Program-made: the position numbers and the translations under genes
The notes under the pieces: model-generated
What the model saw: only the letters and a program-made list of their open reading frames with translations
Told to the model about the DNA's origin: nothing
Database searches by the model: none
Part shown: positions 16,599 through 27,106 of the stretch, in pieces
How the letters are laid out: each line of letters starts with the position of its first letter
Numbering within the stretch: the stretch's first letter is position 1
Origin: Patescibacteria group bacterium UBA5272
Lineage (GTDB): Bacteria > Patescibacteriota > Minisyncoccia > Phycocordibacterales > UBA5272
NCBI GenBank assembly: GCA_002408565.1
Contig: DHTA01000001.1
Location: forward strand, 1 to 49,678
Reading direction: 5' to 3'
Length of the DNA: 49,678 nt

Positions 16599-18641
16599 AT
16601 GAAGAAAATCTTGTTAAATGAAAAACAGTTAGAAGCGGTACAAACTACAAAAGGTCCGCTTTTAATTTTGGCTGGAGCTGGAGCGGGGAAAACAAAAACC
16701 ATCACTGAAAGAGTCATAAACATTATTAAGGATGGCGTAGAACCTAAAAATATTCTTTGCGTAACTTTTACCAACAAAGCCGCTAAAGAGATGCTAGAAA
16801 GAATTCTTGCTCGTTTAAATGAAGAAAATTTAATTGAAAAATATGAAAAAAATATTTGGTTAAATCATAATCTTCCCACTATTAAAACTTTTCACTCTTT
16901 AGGTCTTTCTGTTTTGAGAGAATTTGGAAAAGAGTTTGGTTTTACTAAAAATCTCAGCGTTCTCGATACTTCTGACAGTAATCAGATTATAAAAAGTATT
17001 TTAAACGATCTTCATTTAGACCCAAAACTTCACGACGCTTCTAAAATTCGAAACGCTATTAGCAAAGAAAAGACAGCTTGGCAAACAGTTGATGACTATG
17101 CCAAAAAAGTCTCTAGTTACAACATGGAAATCGTGGAAAAGGTTTGGAGGCTTTATGAAAAAGAACTTCTCAAACAAGGTTCTGCTGATTTTGACGATTT
17201 GATAATCAAAACTATCGAATTGTTTAAAAAGAATTCTGCTGTTAAAAAACACTATCAGGAAAGATTTAAATATATACATATTGACGAGTATCAAGACACC
17301 AATAATTCACAATATGAGCTTATAAAAGAATTATTAGATATGGAAGAAAAAAATATTTGTGTAGTAGGGGATATCGATCAAAACATTTATTCTTGGAGAG
17401 GGGCAAATTTGAGAAATATTTTAAACTTTGAAAAAGATTTTCCGGATGGGAAAGTGGTTTTATTAGAAGAAAATTATCGCTCCACTAAAAATATTTTAGA
17501 TTTGGCTAATGTTTCTATTCAAAAAAATAAAGCACGTTTTCCAAAAAATCTTTTCACCAATAAAAATACAGGAGAGGAGATAGAAATTTGTCCAACCTTT
17601 GATGAGAAAGCTGAAGCAGACTTTGTGGTCAAAAAAATTAAAGAATTAGTTAGGGAAAAAGGAATAGAATTAAAAGATATAGCTGTTCTTTTTAGAACAA
17701 ATTTTCAATCTCGAATTTTGGAAGAATATTTTATTAAAAATAATCTAGACTACAATTTACTTGGTACAAAATTCTTTGAAAGAAAGGAAGTGAAAGACGT
17801 GATGAGTTATTTAAGAGCGAGTTTAAATAGATACAATTTGGCTGATTTAAAAAGAGTTTTTGAAAGTCCTAAAAAAGGGATTGGTAAAGCGAGTATTGCA
17901 AAGATTTTTGCTGGAGAAGCAGAAAGTTTGTCGGCTTCTACATTTCAAAAAGTTAGTGTTGTTTATAAATTTCTAGATAAAATTAAAGACGAAATAGAAA
18001 ATAACAAAAGAAGTCTCTCAGAGATTATTATGATGATAATTAAAGAGTCTGGGATCGAAGAAGAACTTTTAAATGGCTCTAGCGAAGACAAAGAAAGATT
18101 GGAAAATGTAAGAGAAATTGTAACTATTGCTAAAAAGTTTGACGATATTTTAACTTCTGAAGCTTTTGAGATTTTTATTGATGAAACTTCTTTAAAAAGT
18201 GATCAGGATGATGAAGGGAGTAAAGATGGGGTTCGTTTAATGACTATTCACGCAGCTAAAGGATTAGAATTTGATTATGTTTTTGTCACTGGGCTTGAGC
18301 AAGATTTGTTTCCTCACATCAATATTGGCAATAGTAAAAAAAGTTTAGAAGAAGAGGAAGAGGAAAGAAGGTTGTTTTATGTGGCTATCACTAGGGCAAA
18401 AAAGAAATTGTATTTGTGTTTTGCAGAAATGAGAACAATTTATGGAGAAAGGAGAATCAACACTCCGAGCGAATTTTTGGAAGATGCCAACGAACTTCGA
18501 GAAGATCAGATCGTTTATCACGATATTTATTATCAAGATGATTTAACAGAAAAGTCTTTTAAACCAAAAAAGAAAGTTTGGAATTTTGAAGATGATATAA
18601 ATATAGACGACGAATGGGAAGAAGATTTTTTAGAGATTTAG
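16599..18641 (+). CDS. pcrA: ATP-dependent DNA helicase, UvrD/PcrA/Rep family
   Basis: LNEKQLEAV, the Walker A AGAGAGKTKTI, the DExx-type IHIDEYQDTN, VGDIDQNIYSWRGA, EENYRST, TIHAAKGLEFD and YVAITRAKK. Confidence 0.95.
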   Translation: MKKILLNEKQLEAVQTTKGPLLILAGAGAGKTKTITERVINIIKDGVEPKNILCVTFTNKAAKEMLERILARLNEENLIEKYEKNIWLNHNLPTIKTFHSLGLSVLREFGKEFGFTKNLSVLDTSDSNQIIKSILNDLHLDPKLHDASKIRNAISKEKTAWQTVDDYAKKVSSYNMEIVEKVWRLYEKELLKQGSADFDDLIIKTIELFKKNSAVKKHYQERFKYIHIDEYQDTNNSQYELIKELLDMEEKNICVVGDIDQNIYSWRGANLRNILNFEKDFPDGKVVLLEENYRSTKNILDLANVSIQKNKARFPKNLFTNKNTGEEIEICPTFDEKAEADFVVKKIKELVREKGIELKDIAVLFRTNFQSRILEEYFIKNNLDYNLLGTKFFERKEVKDVMSYLRASLNRYNLADLKRVFESPKKGIGKASIAKIFAGEAESLSASTFQKVSVVYKFLDKIKDEIENNKRSLSEIIMMIIKESGIEEELLNGSSEDKERLENVREIVTIAKKFDDILTSEAFEIFIDETSLKSDQDDEGSKDGVRLMTIHAAKGLEFDYVFVTGLEQDLFPHINIGNSKKSLEEEEEERRLFYVAITRAKKKLYLCFAEMRTIYGERRINTPSEFLEDANELREDQIVYHDIYYQDDLTEKSFKPKKKVWNFEDDINIDDEWEEDFLEI

Positions 18642-18656
18642 TGATAAAATCAGAAA

Positions 18657-19442
18657 ATGAAACCAAAAAAATCTTTAGGTCAAAATTTTTTAACCAGTAA
18701 AAAAGCAGTCTTGAAAATTGTTGAGGCAGGAGAGATAAAAAAAGAGGATGCGGTTCTAGAAATCGGGCCAGGTAAAGGGGCTTTGACTGAAGAACTTTTA
18801 AAATCTCCAGCTGAAAAAATTATTGCCATTGAAAAAGACAAAGATCTCATTGAATTTCTCTTCGAGAAATTTTCAACAAACATCAAAGAAGGCACCTTAT
18901 CTTTAATGAAAGGGGATGCTTTAGAATTTGAGACAGAAAAAATAATAAATGACAAACCTTACAAACTTATAGCCAACATCCCATACTATATAACAGGAGC
19001 CATTATTGAAAAATTCTTATCTGCAAAGAAAAAACCTGAAAAAATGGTGCTTTTAGTACAAAAGGAAGTGGCTGAAAGAATTGTGGCTAGAAATAAAAAA
19101 GAATCTATTCTTTCTTTGGCTGTAAAACTTTATGGAAAACCTAAAATTGTTTATAAGGTCTCCGCTGGAAGCTTTTTCCCAAAACCTAAAGTAGATAGCG
19201 CTGTTTTACAAATTAATCTAGAAAAAACTTTTTCTTTCAACCAAAAAGAAGAGGAACAATATTTTAAGTTAATTAAAAAGGCATTTTCCCATAAAAGAAA
19301 AATAATGCTTAGCAACCTAAAAAAGGAGTGGGGAGAGGAAAATTGGGAGAAGATATTTGAGAAATTAGATTTAGACAAAAAAGTAAGAGCTGAAGATTTA
19401 GATTTAGAAACTTTTTTGAAAATAATAAAAGAATTAAAATAA
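18657..19442 (+). CDS. rsmA: 16S rRNA (adenine1518/1519-N6)-dimethyltransferase
   Basis: KKSLGQNFL, the SAM motif VLEIGPGKGALT, and ANIPYYIT. Confidence 0.95.
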   Translation: MKPKKSLGQNFLTSKKAVLKIVEAGEIKKEDAVLEIGPGKGALTEELLKSPAEKIIAIEKDKDLIEFLFEKFSTNIKEGTLSLMKGDALEFETEKIINDKPYKLIANIPYYITGAIIEKFLSAKKKPEKMVLLVQKEVAERIVARNKKESILSLAVKLYGKPKIVYKVSAGSFFPKPKVDSAVLQINLEKTFSFNQKEEEQYFKLIKKAFSHKRKIMLSNLKKEWGEENWEKIFEKLDLDKKVRAEDLDLETFLKIIKELK

Positions 19443-19508
19443 AATTTGACAATATTTTCATGATACAATTAATCTGTAATTAAGCTTATTAAAAACTTAT
19501 TAATTAAT

Positions 19509-20390
19509 ATGAAAAATGAAAAATTAGCCATCTTTTGGAATAATTTTCGCGAAAAACTTTCCAAGGTTGATGTAAAAATATACTTATATGCTTTAGGAGC
19601 TATAGCAGTTATTGTTTTGATAATTATCACCTCCAATAACTATTCTAAATATGGCTCTATACAGAAAGACGGAAAATATTATTTAGACATACAAAAAATA
19701 GCTGCTGATTATGGTATAGATCTTAACCCGATAACAACAAACGCAATCGATTATGCAAATAATGAAGATGCGAATGTTACCGAAGACCTATCTCGCTCTC
19801 TTTATTTAACCAATCTTTACCTTGAGCAAAACGGCATGACCGACTCGACAGCTCGTGGACAGATTTTAGCTGACATTGTTTTTGCTTATCAAGAACAAGT
19901 TATTGGTAACAAATATACTCTTAATAATTTAAATATTATTCGAGAAGAAAATAAAGAAAGTTTGCAAGATTATTACGAAGATATTTACAGCGCTTTTGAT
20001 AAATACGGGAAAGAGTTGGACAATATATCAACGAATCCTTTTGCTAAATATCAGAACACAGACTCTCTCGATGAAAACACTTTCGATCTTGCCTGGAAAG
20101 AGATGATTGATAATATACAAAAAAACATAAATGCAAATAACAATTTGATTAATAATTTAATTTCTATACCAGCTACAGAAAATGGAGCTACCTATCAACT
20201 AGAATTGATAAATATCATCTCAAAACAGACAGCTTACTATAAATCTCTTCAACAAATAAATACAGACCCAGTCAAATATCTTCTTCTGAGCGGAAAAGAT
20301 TTTATGGAAAACTTTCAAAATGAATTAACTTCTACTGTCAACTCTCTTTATATTTATTTTTCAAGTTTTGATGTGAAACTAAATAATTAA
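19509..20390 (+). CDS. Hypothetical N-terminally anchored protein, first gene of the T4SS-like module
   Basis: 293-aa ORF with one TM helix (IYLYALGAIAVIVLIIITS). It is tightly followed by the next same-strand genes. Confidence 0.65.
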   Translation: MKNEKLAIFWNNFREKLSKVDVKIYLYALGAIAVIVLIIITSNNYSKYGSIQKDGKYYLDIQKIAADYGIDLNPITTNAIDYANNEDANVTEDLSRSLYLTNLYLEQNGMTDSTARGQILADIVFAYQEQVIGNKYTLNNLNIIREENKESLQDYYEDIYSAFDKYGKELDNISTNPFAKYQNTDSLDENTFDLAWKEMIDNIQKNINANNNLINNLISIPATENGATYQLELINIISKQTAYYKSLQQINTDPVKYLLLSGKDFMENFQNELTSTVNSLYIYFSSFDVKLNN

Positions 20391-20411
20391 ATAAAAGAAA
20401 TTATAAAAAAT

Positions 20412-22814
20412 ATGAAAAATACATATCAAAAGCTAATGTCTACAATTTTATTACTTTCATTTTTAATTCCTTTTACTATACCTAAAAAGTCTTATGCTAT
20501 TTTTGGAGTACTTGATACTGGGGACGCTATTTTAGGTGCCATACTTGGAGTTGATGTTGCTAAAAAAATAATGGATGGTGTATATCAAGTAGAAGACACT
20601 GTGTCTAGAGCCTATAATTTATATCAAAATACTTTAGCCGCTAAACAGCTTGTTCAAAATATTAAAAATTTTGACGCTTCAACTTTTGCCCAAAACGCTT
20701 CCAGCGACGCTCTTTTTGAGGTTGGAGAAGCTGTTGTAGAAAACCTTGGTATCACTAAAGATGAGTCCACCAATGTTTACACGAAAGGCCAACAAGTTGT
20801 GACAAATTTTGGTAATTATTTAGACAAGATTTCTGTTAACGAAATAAAGAAGGGCCTATCCAATCTTCAGATAACAATTAATACCACTCCTTACAACGCT
20901 GACATATCTAAAAGTGTTACAGATTTTGTAAGAGAAACTTCTGATACAGCTTTAGGAAAGGTGGTAAATTTCTCTCTACCCTATATAGCAAAAGATGAGA
21001 TTTGTAATAGCCCACAATTAAAAGATATTATAAAAAATGGTGAACCGGAAACTTTTGTGAGAGCAAAAAAAGCTGTAGGCAATATTGATATAGACAAATT
21101 ATGTAACACTAGTCTACAAAAACCACAAAAAGAGGCTTCGGAAGCTCAAGCTTCTTTTATTGGTCTAGCTAAAGCAGGTTATGGTGGACCAAAAACAAGT
21201 GCAGCTCTTTCAGATTCTACCAACACTCCGTCTGGAGTCGTTGGTATGGCTGTCTCAAATATTTTATCTCAAAAAGACAAAGTTGTGAAAGAGGTCTCAA
21301 AGCAAACTGAAGCAACGGGAATGTTTTTAGGAGATCAAAAATGTATTGATAAAGACGGAAAAGAAGTAAAATTTGACCCTACTGACCCTACACAATATTG
21401 TGATCAACAATTTTCTACAGCACAAGGGAGTGGATCTGTTTTGGGAGAAAAGGTGGCTGCAGCAGCAGCAGCACCATACCAAAGCATTTTGGCCAGAACA
21501 GAAGCGATTCATGACAAATTAAAAAATGGAGATTTTTCTGCAGCTGCTGACGCCATGAAACTAGTTAGCTCAATACTTCAAATGGGTCAAAAAGATGTTT
21601 ATTCTGTGGTGAATGACCCCTATGACAATCCTTACAAAGGTTTAGCAGACTCTTTAAGTTCTTTACAAAGCACACAAGATACTAGAAACTTACTTACAAA
21701 AAACACCGAACAAGAATCTCGAGAGTTTCATTACGGTTCAGACAAATACACGACCGACGATTTACAAAATGCTTTAGAGGTGTATGCAAAAATAAGAACC
21801 TTTAACACCCAAAAATTGAATACTTATACCTACAGTTATCTTTTATTAAAAACTTCCGTAGACAAAGCTAAAGCTGCTGTCGATGAAGCAAAAAAGGAAG
21901 CGAAGGAAAAAGCAAACAAATGGGGTGGATGGTACAGTGTTTTTCATCCCGTCAAAACTAATACAGCCGCAAAAGCTTCCAAAAACAAAGCTGAGGCTGC
22001 AAAAAAATTAAATTTAGCTTTAATTAGTATGACCACTGAAACTAGAAATTTAATTAAAGAGATGGCTAAAAATAATTATAGAGAACAACAAATTAGAAAA
22101 CTTTTATTAGAATTAAGAGAAACTAAAGACATAGACACAGAGAACAATCAAGAAGCTTTAGCTCAAGCTTTAGACGGAACTTACACAGAAAAAGATTATG
22201 CCTTCTTTGTAAGCGATTGGAATTATATACCAGAATATTCGGAAATACATTCAGACCCTTATACAGCAACAACAAAAGACGCTTCTTATTATATTCCTAC
22301 AAGAGAGGAAATAGAAGGACCTTATACCGAAAACTTGTTGCGTTATTTAAGAGTTAGAGCTTATTTAATGCTAAAAGATTCCTTAGAAGCAGGAGTAAAT
22401 CCTACAATTCCAACAAAAGACAAGACTATGTTTGATGCTTATGATGTCAAAAATTTTGATTATTTAACCCCTAATCTTCCAAGACCATCAAAAACCACAA
22501 CAGCCTTAATTGATACCGACGACTCAATTTCTTATTCTGAATTGTCTTATTGTAATCAAGTAAAAATTGGAATCTGTAACAAGGCAGAACTACAAACCTT
22601 GGCTGATTCTATAAATAGTTTTGATTACAGTTATAATGATCCAGGATTGGATTTATTGAAAGAAAAATGTCCTCAAGATTTAGAAACTAATCTTAGAAAC
22701 TTATGCTCTAACGCTGTTAATAGTCAAGACCTTGAACTAAAAGAAATTTGTAAAGATGAAACCTCTATTAAAGAAACTCTTCAAATTGCACAAGAAGAAT
22801 GTGCAAAATATTAA
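20412..22814 (+). CDS. Large secreted hypothetical protein, possibly a surface or tip component of the T4SS-like module
   Basis: Signal peptide (MSTILLLSFLIPFTIPKKSYA). The helical N-terminus starts IFGVLDTGDAILG. A Cys-containing C-terminal region is present. A strong terminator follows. Confidence 0.75.
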   Translation: MKNTYQKLMSTILLLSFLIPFTIPKKSYAIFGVLDTGDAILGAILGVDVAKKIMDGVYQVEDTVSRAYNLYQNTLAAKQLVQNIKNFDASTFAQNASSDALFEVGEAVVENLGITKDESTNVYTKGQQVVTNFGNYLDKISVNEIKKGLSNLQITINTTPYNADISKSVTDFVRETSDTALGKVVNFSLPYIAKDEICNSPQLKDIIKNGEPETFVRAKKAVGNIDIDKLCNTSLQKPQKEASEAQASFIGLAKAGYGGPKTSAALSDSTNTPSGVVGMAVSNILSQKDKVVKEVSKQTEATGMFLGDQKCIDKDGKEVKFDPTDPTQYCDQQFSTAQGSGSVLGEKVAAAAAAPYQSILARTEAIHDKLKNGDFSAAADAMKLVSSILQMGQKDVYSVVNDPYDNPYKGLADSLSSLQSTQDTRNLLTKNTEQESREFHYGSDKYTTDDLQNALEVYAKIRTFNTQKLNTYTYSYLLLKTSVDKAKAAVDEAKKEAKEKANKWGGWYSVFHPVKTNTAAKASKNKAEAAKKLNLALISMTTETRNLIKEMAKNNYREQQIRKLLLELRETKDIDTENNQEALAQALDGTYTEKDYAFFVSDWNYIPEYSEIHSDPYTATTKDASYYIPTREEIEGPYTENLLRYLRVRAYLMLKDSLEAGVNPTIPTKDKTMFDAYDVKNFDYLTPNLPRPSKTTTALIDTDDSISYSELSYCNQVKIGICNKAELQTLADSINSFDYSYNDPGLDLLKEKCPQDLETNLRNLCSNAVNSQDLELKEICKDETSIKETLQIAQEECAKY

Positions 22815-22837
22815 ACAAACAAACTAAAGATCTTTAT

Positions 22838-22863
22838 AAAAGACGGAGAAATCCGTCTTTTTG
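22838..22863 (+). terminator. Intrinsic terminator with a GAAA tetraloop
   Basis: AGACGGA (22841-22847), GAAA loop, TCCGTCT (22852-22858), then TTTT. Confidence 0.8.
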
Positions 22864-22889
22864 TTTATTATTTATGATAAAATAATTAA

Positions 22890-25800
22890 ATGAAAAGGAA
22901 AAGTTTTTCTTCTATTTTCTCCACTAAAACACTTGGGATTATTTTATTTATAATTCTGGGAGTTTTTAGTCTAAACATTAAAAATGTAGGAGCTGAAATT
23001 TTGGTTGAAATAAAATTAAGTGACAAAGACGAAAAATTTCTAATGAGTTCTAATTCCTCTCCGAAAGGCACCTCCAGAAATTTGCTTTGCGAGAATTATA
23101 ATATTACAACTGACAAAAGATTTCCACCTGCCGTGTGTTATAACTTTAAAGAAATAGACCCTGCTCTTACAAATCAAATAAACACCTTGGTACAAGAAAA
23201 AATATTAGCTAACCAAAAAAAAGATGCTGCAAAGCTTCAAGATTTATTTAAAGAAAGTTATAACTCAATAGACAATATCACAGATACTTCTTATTCTGAT
23301 TCTATACGATATTTAAAAGATTCTTTAGGCCAGGGAATGGATTTAGCCACTAAAAGTTATTTGTCTATTTATGAAAATTTAAAAAGCCAACCAATATCAG
23401 ACGAGAGAGTAGGATTAGGATTATTTAGATTTATTTCTGTTTTTTCTGAAAATCACGTAGACGAGATAGCAAAAAAATTAGCCCAGATGTATGTTTACAA
23501 CGCTATGACAGCTTATTTGACGGAAGGTCACACAACTTTAGAGCAGGAAAAGATCCCTCAAGAAGCTAGAGATGCAGCTTTAGCAATTCGAGAAAGTGTA
23601 GGGGAAAGTCTTTCTGACTCTGAAAAAGGCGCTGCAAGATATAATTTTTATGAAGTAGGTTTTGATGTTCCAACAAAATACCCAAGTTATATTGACAATC
23701 CTGGAGAAGGAGGAGGTTTAGGAATCACAAATCCCGATGGAACTGTAGATGTTACATCAGGAAAAGCTTCTTGTAGTGAAACTAGTGTTTTGGGAATTCT
23801 CAATAATCAAAACTGTTCCTTAGTGGCTTTTTTGATAAATAGTATTTTGGATGGAATTTTATTTTTAATTGGAGGATTGGTGAGACTTGTAGGCCAACTT
23901 TTTGATTGGGTTATTAGTTTTAGTATTTATAATTTTAATGACTGGGTAACAAATTCAAACGCTTATCATGTTTGGAGGAATGTAATTCTATCCTTAGTAA
24001 CCTCTCTACTTCTTCCTTTAGTCTTCTATATGATCATTAGAATGTTAATAGATAATGACACTTCTAGAATTAAAAAAATTCTTCCCAGACTTTTGATTAC
24101 AGCTCTCTTTGTTTATTTTTCTTTTGCTATAGTGGGGTGGATTATTGATCAAACCAATGTGCTTTCCATTTATCTTTATAGAAGCATGCATGATCCAGGA
24201 CAAACTTTAGGAGACAGCCTGAAAAGAATATTAGCTATTGATACAGCAGCAGTTGGTATAGCTAAAGCAGATTGGACTACCACTCTATTCCAACTTATAA
24301 AAGTTGTTATTAATTTTGTTTCTCTTTTGGTTTTGATTCAAGGATTGGTTCTTATATTTATGAGAGCTATTATACTTGTTCTTTGTTTAATTTTTTCTCC
24401 TTTAATGCTTTTGCCTGCTGGAATAAATGAATATATTGATAAATACAGAGACATGGTAATTAAAAGTTTTACCAACTCTGCAATCTCAGCCCCAATATTC
24501 ATGTTTATTGTACTAATTGCTTTACAAATAGGAGAAGGTATTAGAAACTCTCTAGAAAGCAATGCTCAGCTAAATCAAATAGGCCAAGGCTTATCTGGGG
24601 CAAACGTTACTATGGGAGCAACGATTTCTTCAATAATAATTATTGTGGTCTTACAATTAGCTATCACAGTCTCTAAAAGAATGAGTGGTGATATTGGTGG
24701 ACAAATTTCAGGAAAGATTGGTGGATTTGTTGGCAATTTAGCTTTTGGCGGTGCTGCAGCGGTTGCAAGAGGAGGCGTAAGAGCGGTATCAAACAATGAA
24801 AAATTCCAAGGTTGGATGCAAAAAAATGAAGGAACTTCTAGAGGAAAGTTAGCTGCAAGTATGATGAATACTGCCAAAAGCTCAACTTTTGACATGAGAA
24901 ACACTGCCGGCTTTCAGAAAGTTTCTCAAGTTACCACAGGAGACAAAGGATCTTTTGGTAAAGGTTCAACAAGAACCATAAAAAACTCTCAAGAAGCAGC
25001 GTATGTAAAAGAAAGAGCGTATCACAACTCACTTACTACCGAGCAAGGGAAAAAGGCAAACCTAGAAAGATTGCGAAAAGAATCTGGTGGAGGTTTGTAT
25101 GGAAAAGAAATTGCAGACAGACTTGAAGGCAGAGAGTCAGGTTTGTCTCTCTCCGAAAGAATCTCTCACGAAAGAGGGTATGAAATAAAGTTTGATAAAG
25201 CCAACGAAATAAAAGATGAAAATAAAAGAAAAGATAAGCTTATAGGCTCCATTGATGAGCATTATAAAGATAATAAAAAAGGGGAAAAATATTTTACAGA
25301 AGCTTTGGAAAAACCTGAGAATATTAAACTTAAAAAAGATTTTGAGGAAGCAAATAAAAAAGAAGGAGCAGCGGAAAGAAAAAGTGCAATTATGAAGACA
25401 GTTGAGGATTTTGAAAAAGAAGAGAAAACAAGAGCCAAAAAAGAGAAAGAAGAAAAAAAGAAAAAAGAAGAAGAACAAAAGGATGAGAAAGGGGAAGGAG
25501 ATAATTTGAAAGAAAAAATTAAATCAGGAGAAACTAAAGAAGGTCTGAAGGAAAAAACTTTTACCTCCGCCCCATCTTCCACATCAGATAAAGAAGTTTT
25601 AAAAAAAATGGAAAATATATCTAGAAACACAGAAGAAACAAAACATCAATTAATAAATATGAATAAATCTGTAACTTCTTTAATAGATTCTATGAGAAAT
25701 AAAAATACTAAAACTAGTGTAGATATTCCAGAAGAATATGTAGGAACTTCTTCTAGTTTAAGAAACAGACAGATGTATAAAAGAAATGAGAAAGGGGAGT

Positions 25801-25916
25801 TTATGAATTTAAATGAAGAACAAAAGGCTCAGAGTAAACAACAAAAAGAAACGTTAAACAAAAAAACTGAAACTACTGCCCCTGAACCAAAGAATACTTT
25901 AGACCAGGCAGCTTAG
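22890..25916 (+). CDS. Polytopic membrane protein, VirB6/TrbL-like, with a long K/E-rich C-terminal tail
   Basis: Signal/TM1, then an extracytoplasmic domain of about 300 aa, then at least 6 TM helices (e.g. AFLINSILDGILFLIGGLVRLVGQLFDWVISF). A Gly-rich segment follows, then a charged tail of about 350 aa. The family call rests on topology and context only. Confidence 0.6.
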   Translation: MKRKSFSSIFSTKTLGIILFIILGVFSLNIKNVGAEILVEIKLSDKDEKFLMSSNSSPKGTSRNLLCENYNITTDKRFPPAVCYNFKEIDPALTNQINTLVQEKILANQKKDAAKLQDLFKESYNSIDNITDTSYSDSIRYLKDSLGQGMDLATKSYLSIYENLKSQPISDERVGLGLFRFISVFSENHVDEIAKKLAQMYVYNAMTAYLTEGHTTLEQEKIPQEARDAALAIRESVGESLSDSEKGAARYNFYEVGFDVPTKYPSYIDNPGEGGGLGITNPDGTVDVTSGKASCSETSVLGILNNQNCSLVAFLINSILDGILFLIGGLVRLVGQLFDWVISFSIYNFNDWVTNSNAYHVWRNVILSLVTSLLLPLVFYMIIRMLIDNDTSRIKKILPRLLITALFVYFSFAIVGWIIDQTNVLSIYLYRSMHDPGQTLGDSLKRILAIDTAAVGIAKADWTTTLFQLIKVVINFVSLLVLIQGLVLIFMRAIILVLCLIFSPLMLLPAGINEYIDKYRDMVIKSFTNSAISAPIFMFIVLIALQIGEGIRNSLESNAQLNQIGQGLSGANVTMGATISSIIIIVVLQLAITVSKRMSGDIGGQISGKIGGFVGNLAFGGAAAVARGGVRAVSNNEKFQGWMQKNEGTSRGKLAASMMNTAKSSTFDMRNTAGFQKVSQVTTGDKGSFGKGSTRTIKNSQEAAYVKERAYHNSLTTEQGKKANLERLRKESGGGLYGKEIADRLEGRESGLSLSERISHERGYEIKFDKANEIKDENKRKDKLIGSIDEHYKDNKKGEKYFTEALEKPENIKLKKDFEEANKKEGAAERKSAIMKTVEDFEKEEKTRAKKEKEEKKKKEEEQKDEKGEGDNLKEKIKSGETKEGLKEKTFTSAPSSTSDKEVLKKMENISRNTEETKHQLINMNKSVTSLIDSMRNKNTKTSVDIPEEYVGTSSSLRNRQMYKRNEKGEFMNLNEEQKAQSKQQKETLNKKTETTAPEPKNTLDQAA

Positions 25917-25958
25917 TTTAAAATAAAGAAAATTAATTTTCTTTGTTATAATTAACTT

Positions 25959-27077
25959 ATGTCAGAAGAAAATAAATTATCTCTAAATCTAGAAGACTCA
26001 GAACCTGTTCTTGAAAATGAAGAAGAATTTGATTATGATTTTCTTAAAAAGAAGCCTAGTCCTGTTCCAGAAGAAAATACTGAAGATATCGTAACAAGTA
26101 AATTTGATACGGCTTTTGAGAACTCTTCTAAAACAATTCAAGATTATATTTTAGGCGACAAATTGGAAGAAAGTATTCGCTTAATTTGTAAAATAGAAAA
26201 ACTAGAAGGAGAAAAAGCTCAAATCATTATAGAAAATATAGCAGTCTCAATATTAGTGGGACTTTTACCTATTAATGAAGCTAAAGAAACTTTAATTGAA
26301 AGTTTCAGATCTAGTGGAATAATTCTAGAACCTTTTACAGCTAGTTCTATTTTAAAAAGTATTGATACTTATATTCTTACAGAGATTAGAAAGAAAATTC
26401 TCGAAAGTAAAATTGAAAACAATAAAGAAATTCGCCATCTCACTTTAAAAGAAAAAAGGGAGGAGACTCAAAAAGAAGAACTAAGAAAAATACTTCTAGA
26501 AAGAACAGGGACAATCACTGGTAAAGGAGAACCTTTGATTCAATACAAAGAAAGAGAAAAATCTGCTCAACAAATTGTGAAAGAAGAAGAGATTAAAAAA
26601 CAAGAAGAAAAAAAGGGGCAAGAAATGAATAGAGAGTCTCTTTTGGCAAAAATAAATATGCAAAACGTTTCCGACACAGACAAAATGCGAGAACGTATGG
26701 CTCAAATCAGAAAAGAGGAGCAGGAAAGATTAGAAAAAGTAGAAAAAAAAGAAAAGCGAGAGTTAGAAAGAATAGAAGAAATAAGAAAAATTGAAGAAAG
26801 GTATGAGATCGAAAGAATGAGTGAGATGGAAAAAGAAAAGTCAGAAAAGCCTGAAGAAAAAGAAATCTTTACCCAGGTAGTTGTAGAAGATTTAAAAGAA
26901 AAACTTTTAGCTCACGCAGACGAAAATACAGACTTAAATAATTTAAGAATACAAAGAGGAGAAAAAGAAGCGGAAATCCAAAAAACCAAAAATAATGATT
27001 TTTATAAAAATAGTATCACTGAAGAAATACCTGAAACCGATTATTTAAACTTCGATCCTTATAGGGAAAATCTTTAA
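25959..27077 (+). CDS. Hypothetical E/K-rich soluble protein in the T4SS-like module
   Basis: 372-aa ORF with no TM helix and an extended charged repeat region (KEEQERLEKVEKKEKRELERIEEIRKIEERYEIERM). Confidence 0.6.
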   Translation: MSEENKLSLNLEDSEPVLENEEEFDYDFLKKKPSPVPEENTEDIVTSKFDTAFENSSKTIQDYILGDKLEESIRLICKIEKLEGEKAQIIIENIAVSILVGLLPINEAKETLIESFRSSGIILEPFTASSILKSIDTYILTEIRKKILESKIENNKEIRHLTLKEKREETQKEELRKILLERTGTITGKGEPLIQYKEREKSAQQIVKEEEIKKQEEKKGQEMNRESLLAKINMQNVSDTDKMRERMAQIRKEEQERLEKVEKKEKRELERIEEIRKIEERYEIERMSEMEKEKSEKPEEKEIFTQVVVEDLKEKLLAHADENTDLNNLRIQRGEKEAEIQKTKNNDFYKNSITEEIPETDYLNFDPYRENL

Positions 27078-27106
27078 TTCTCTCTAGAAAATGATAGAAT
27101 ATAACT

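Noticed and set aside
24575-25630. Antisense ORFs 24575..24904, 25137..25478 and 25262..25630
   Set aside because: These are mirror-image low-complexity frames (F/S-rich) opposite the Gly-rich and K/E-rich coding sequence of the VirB6-like gene, so they are artefacts of composition.
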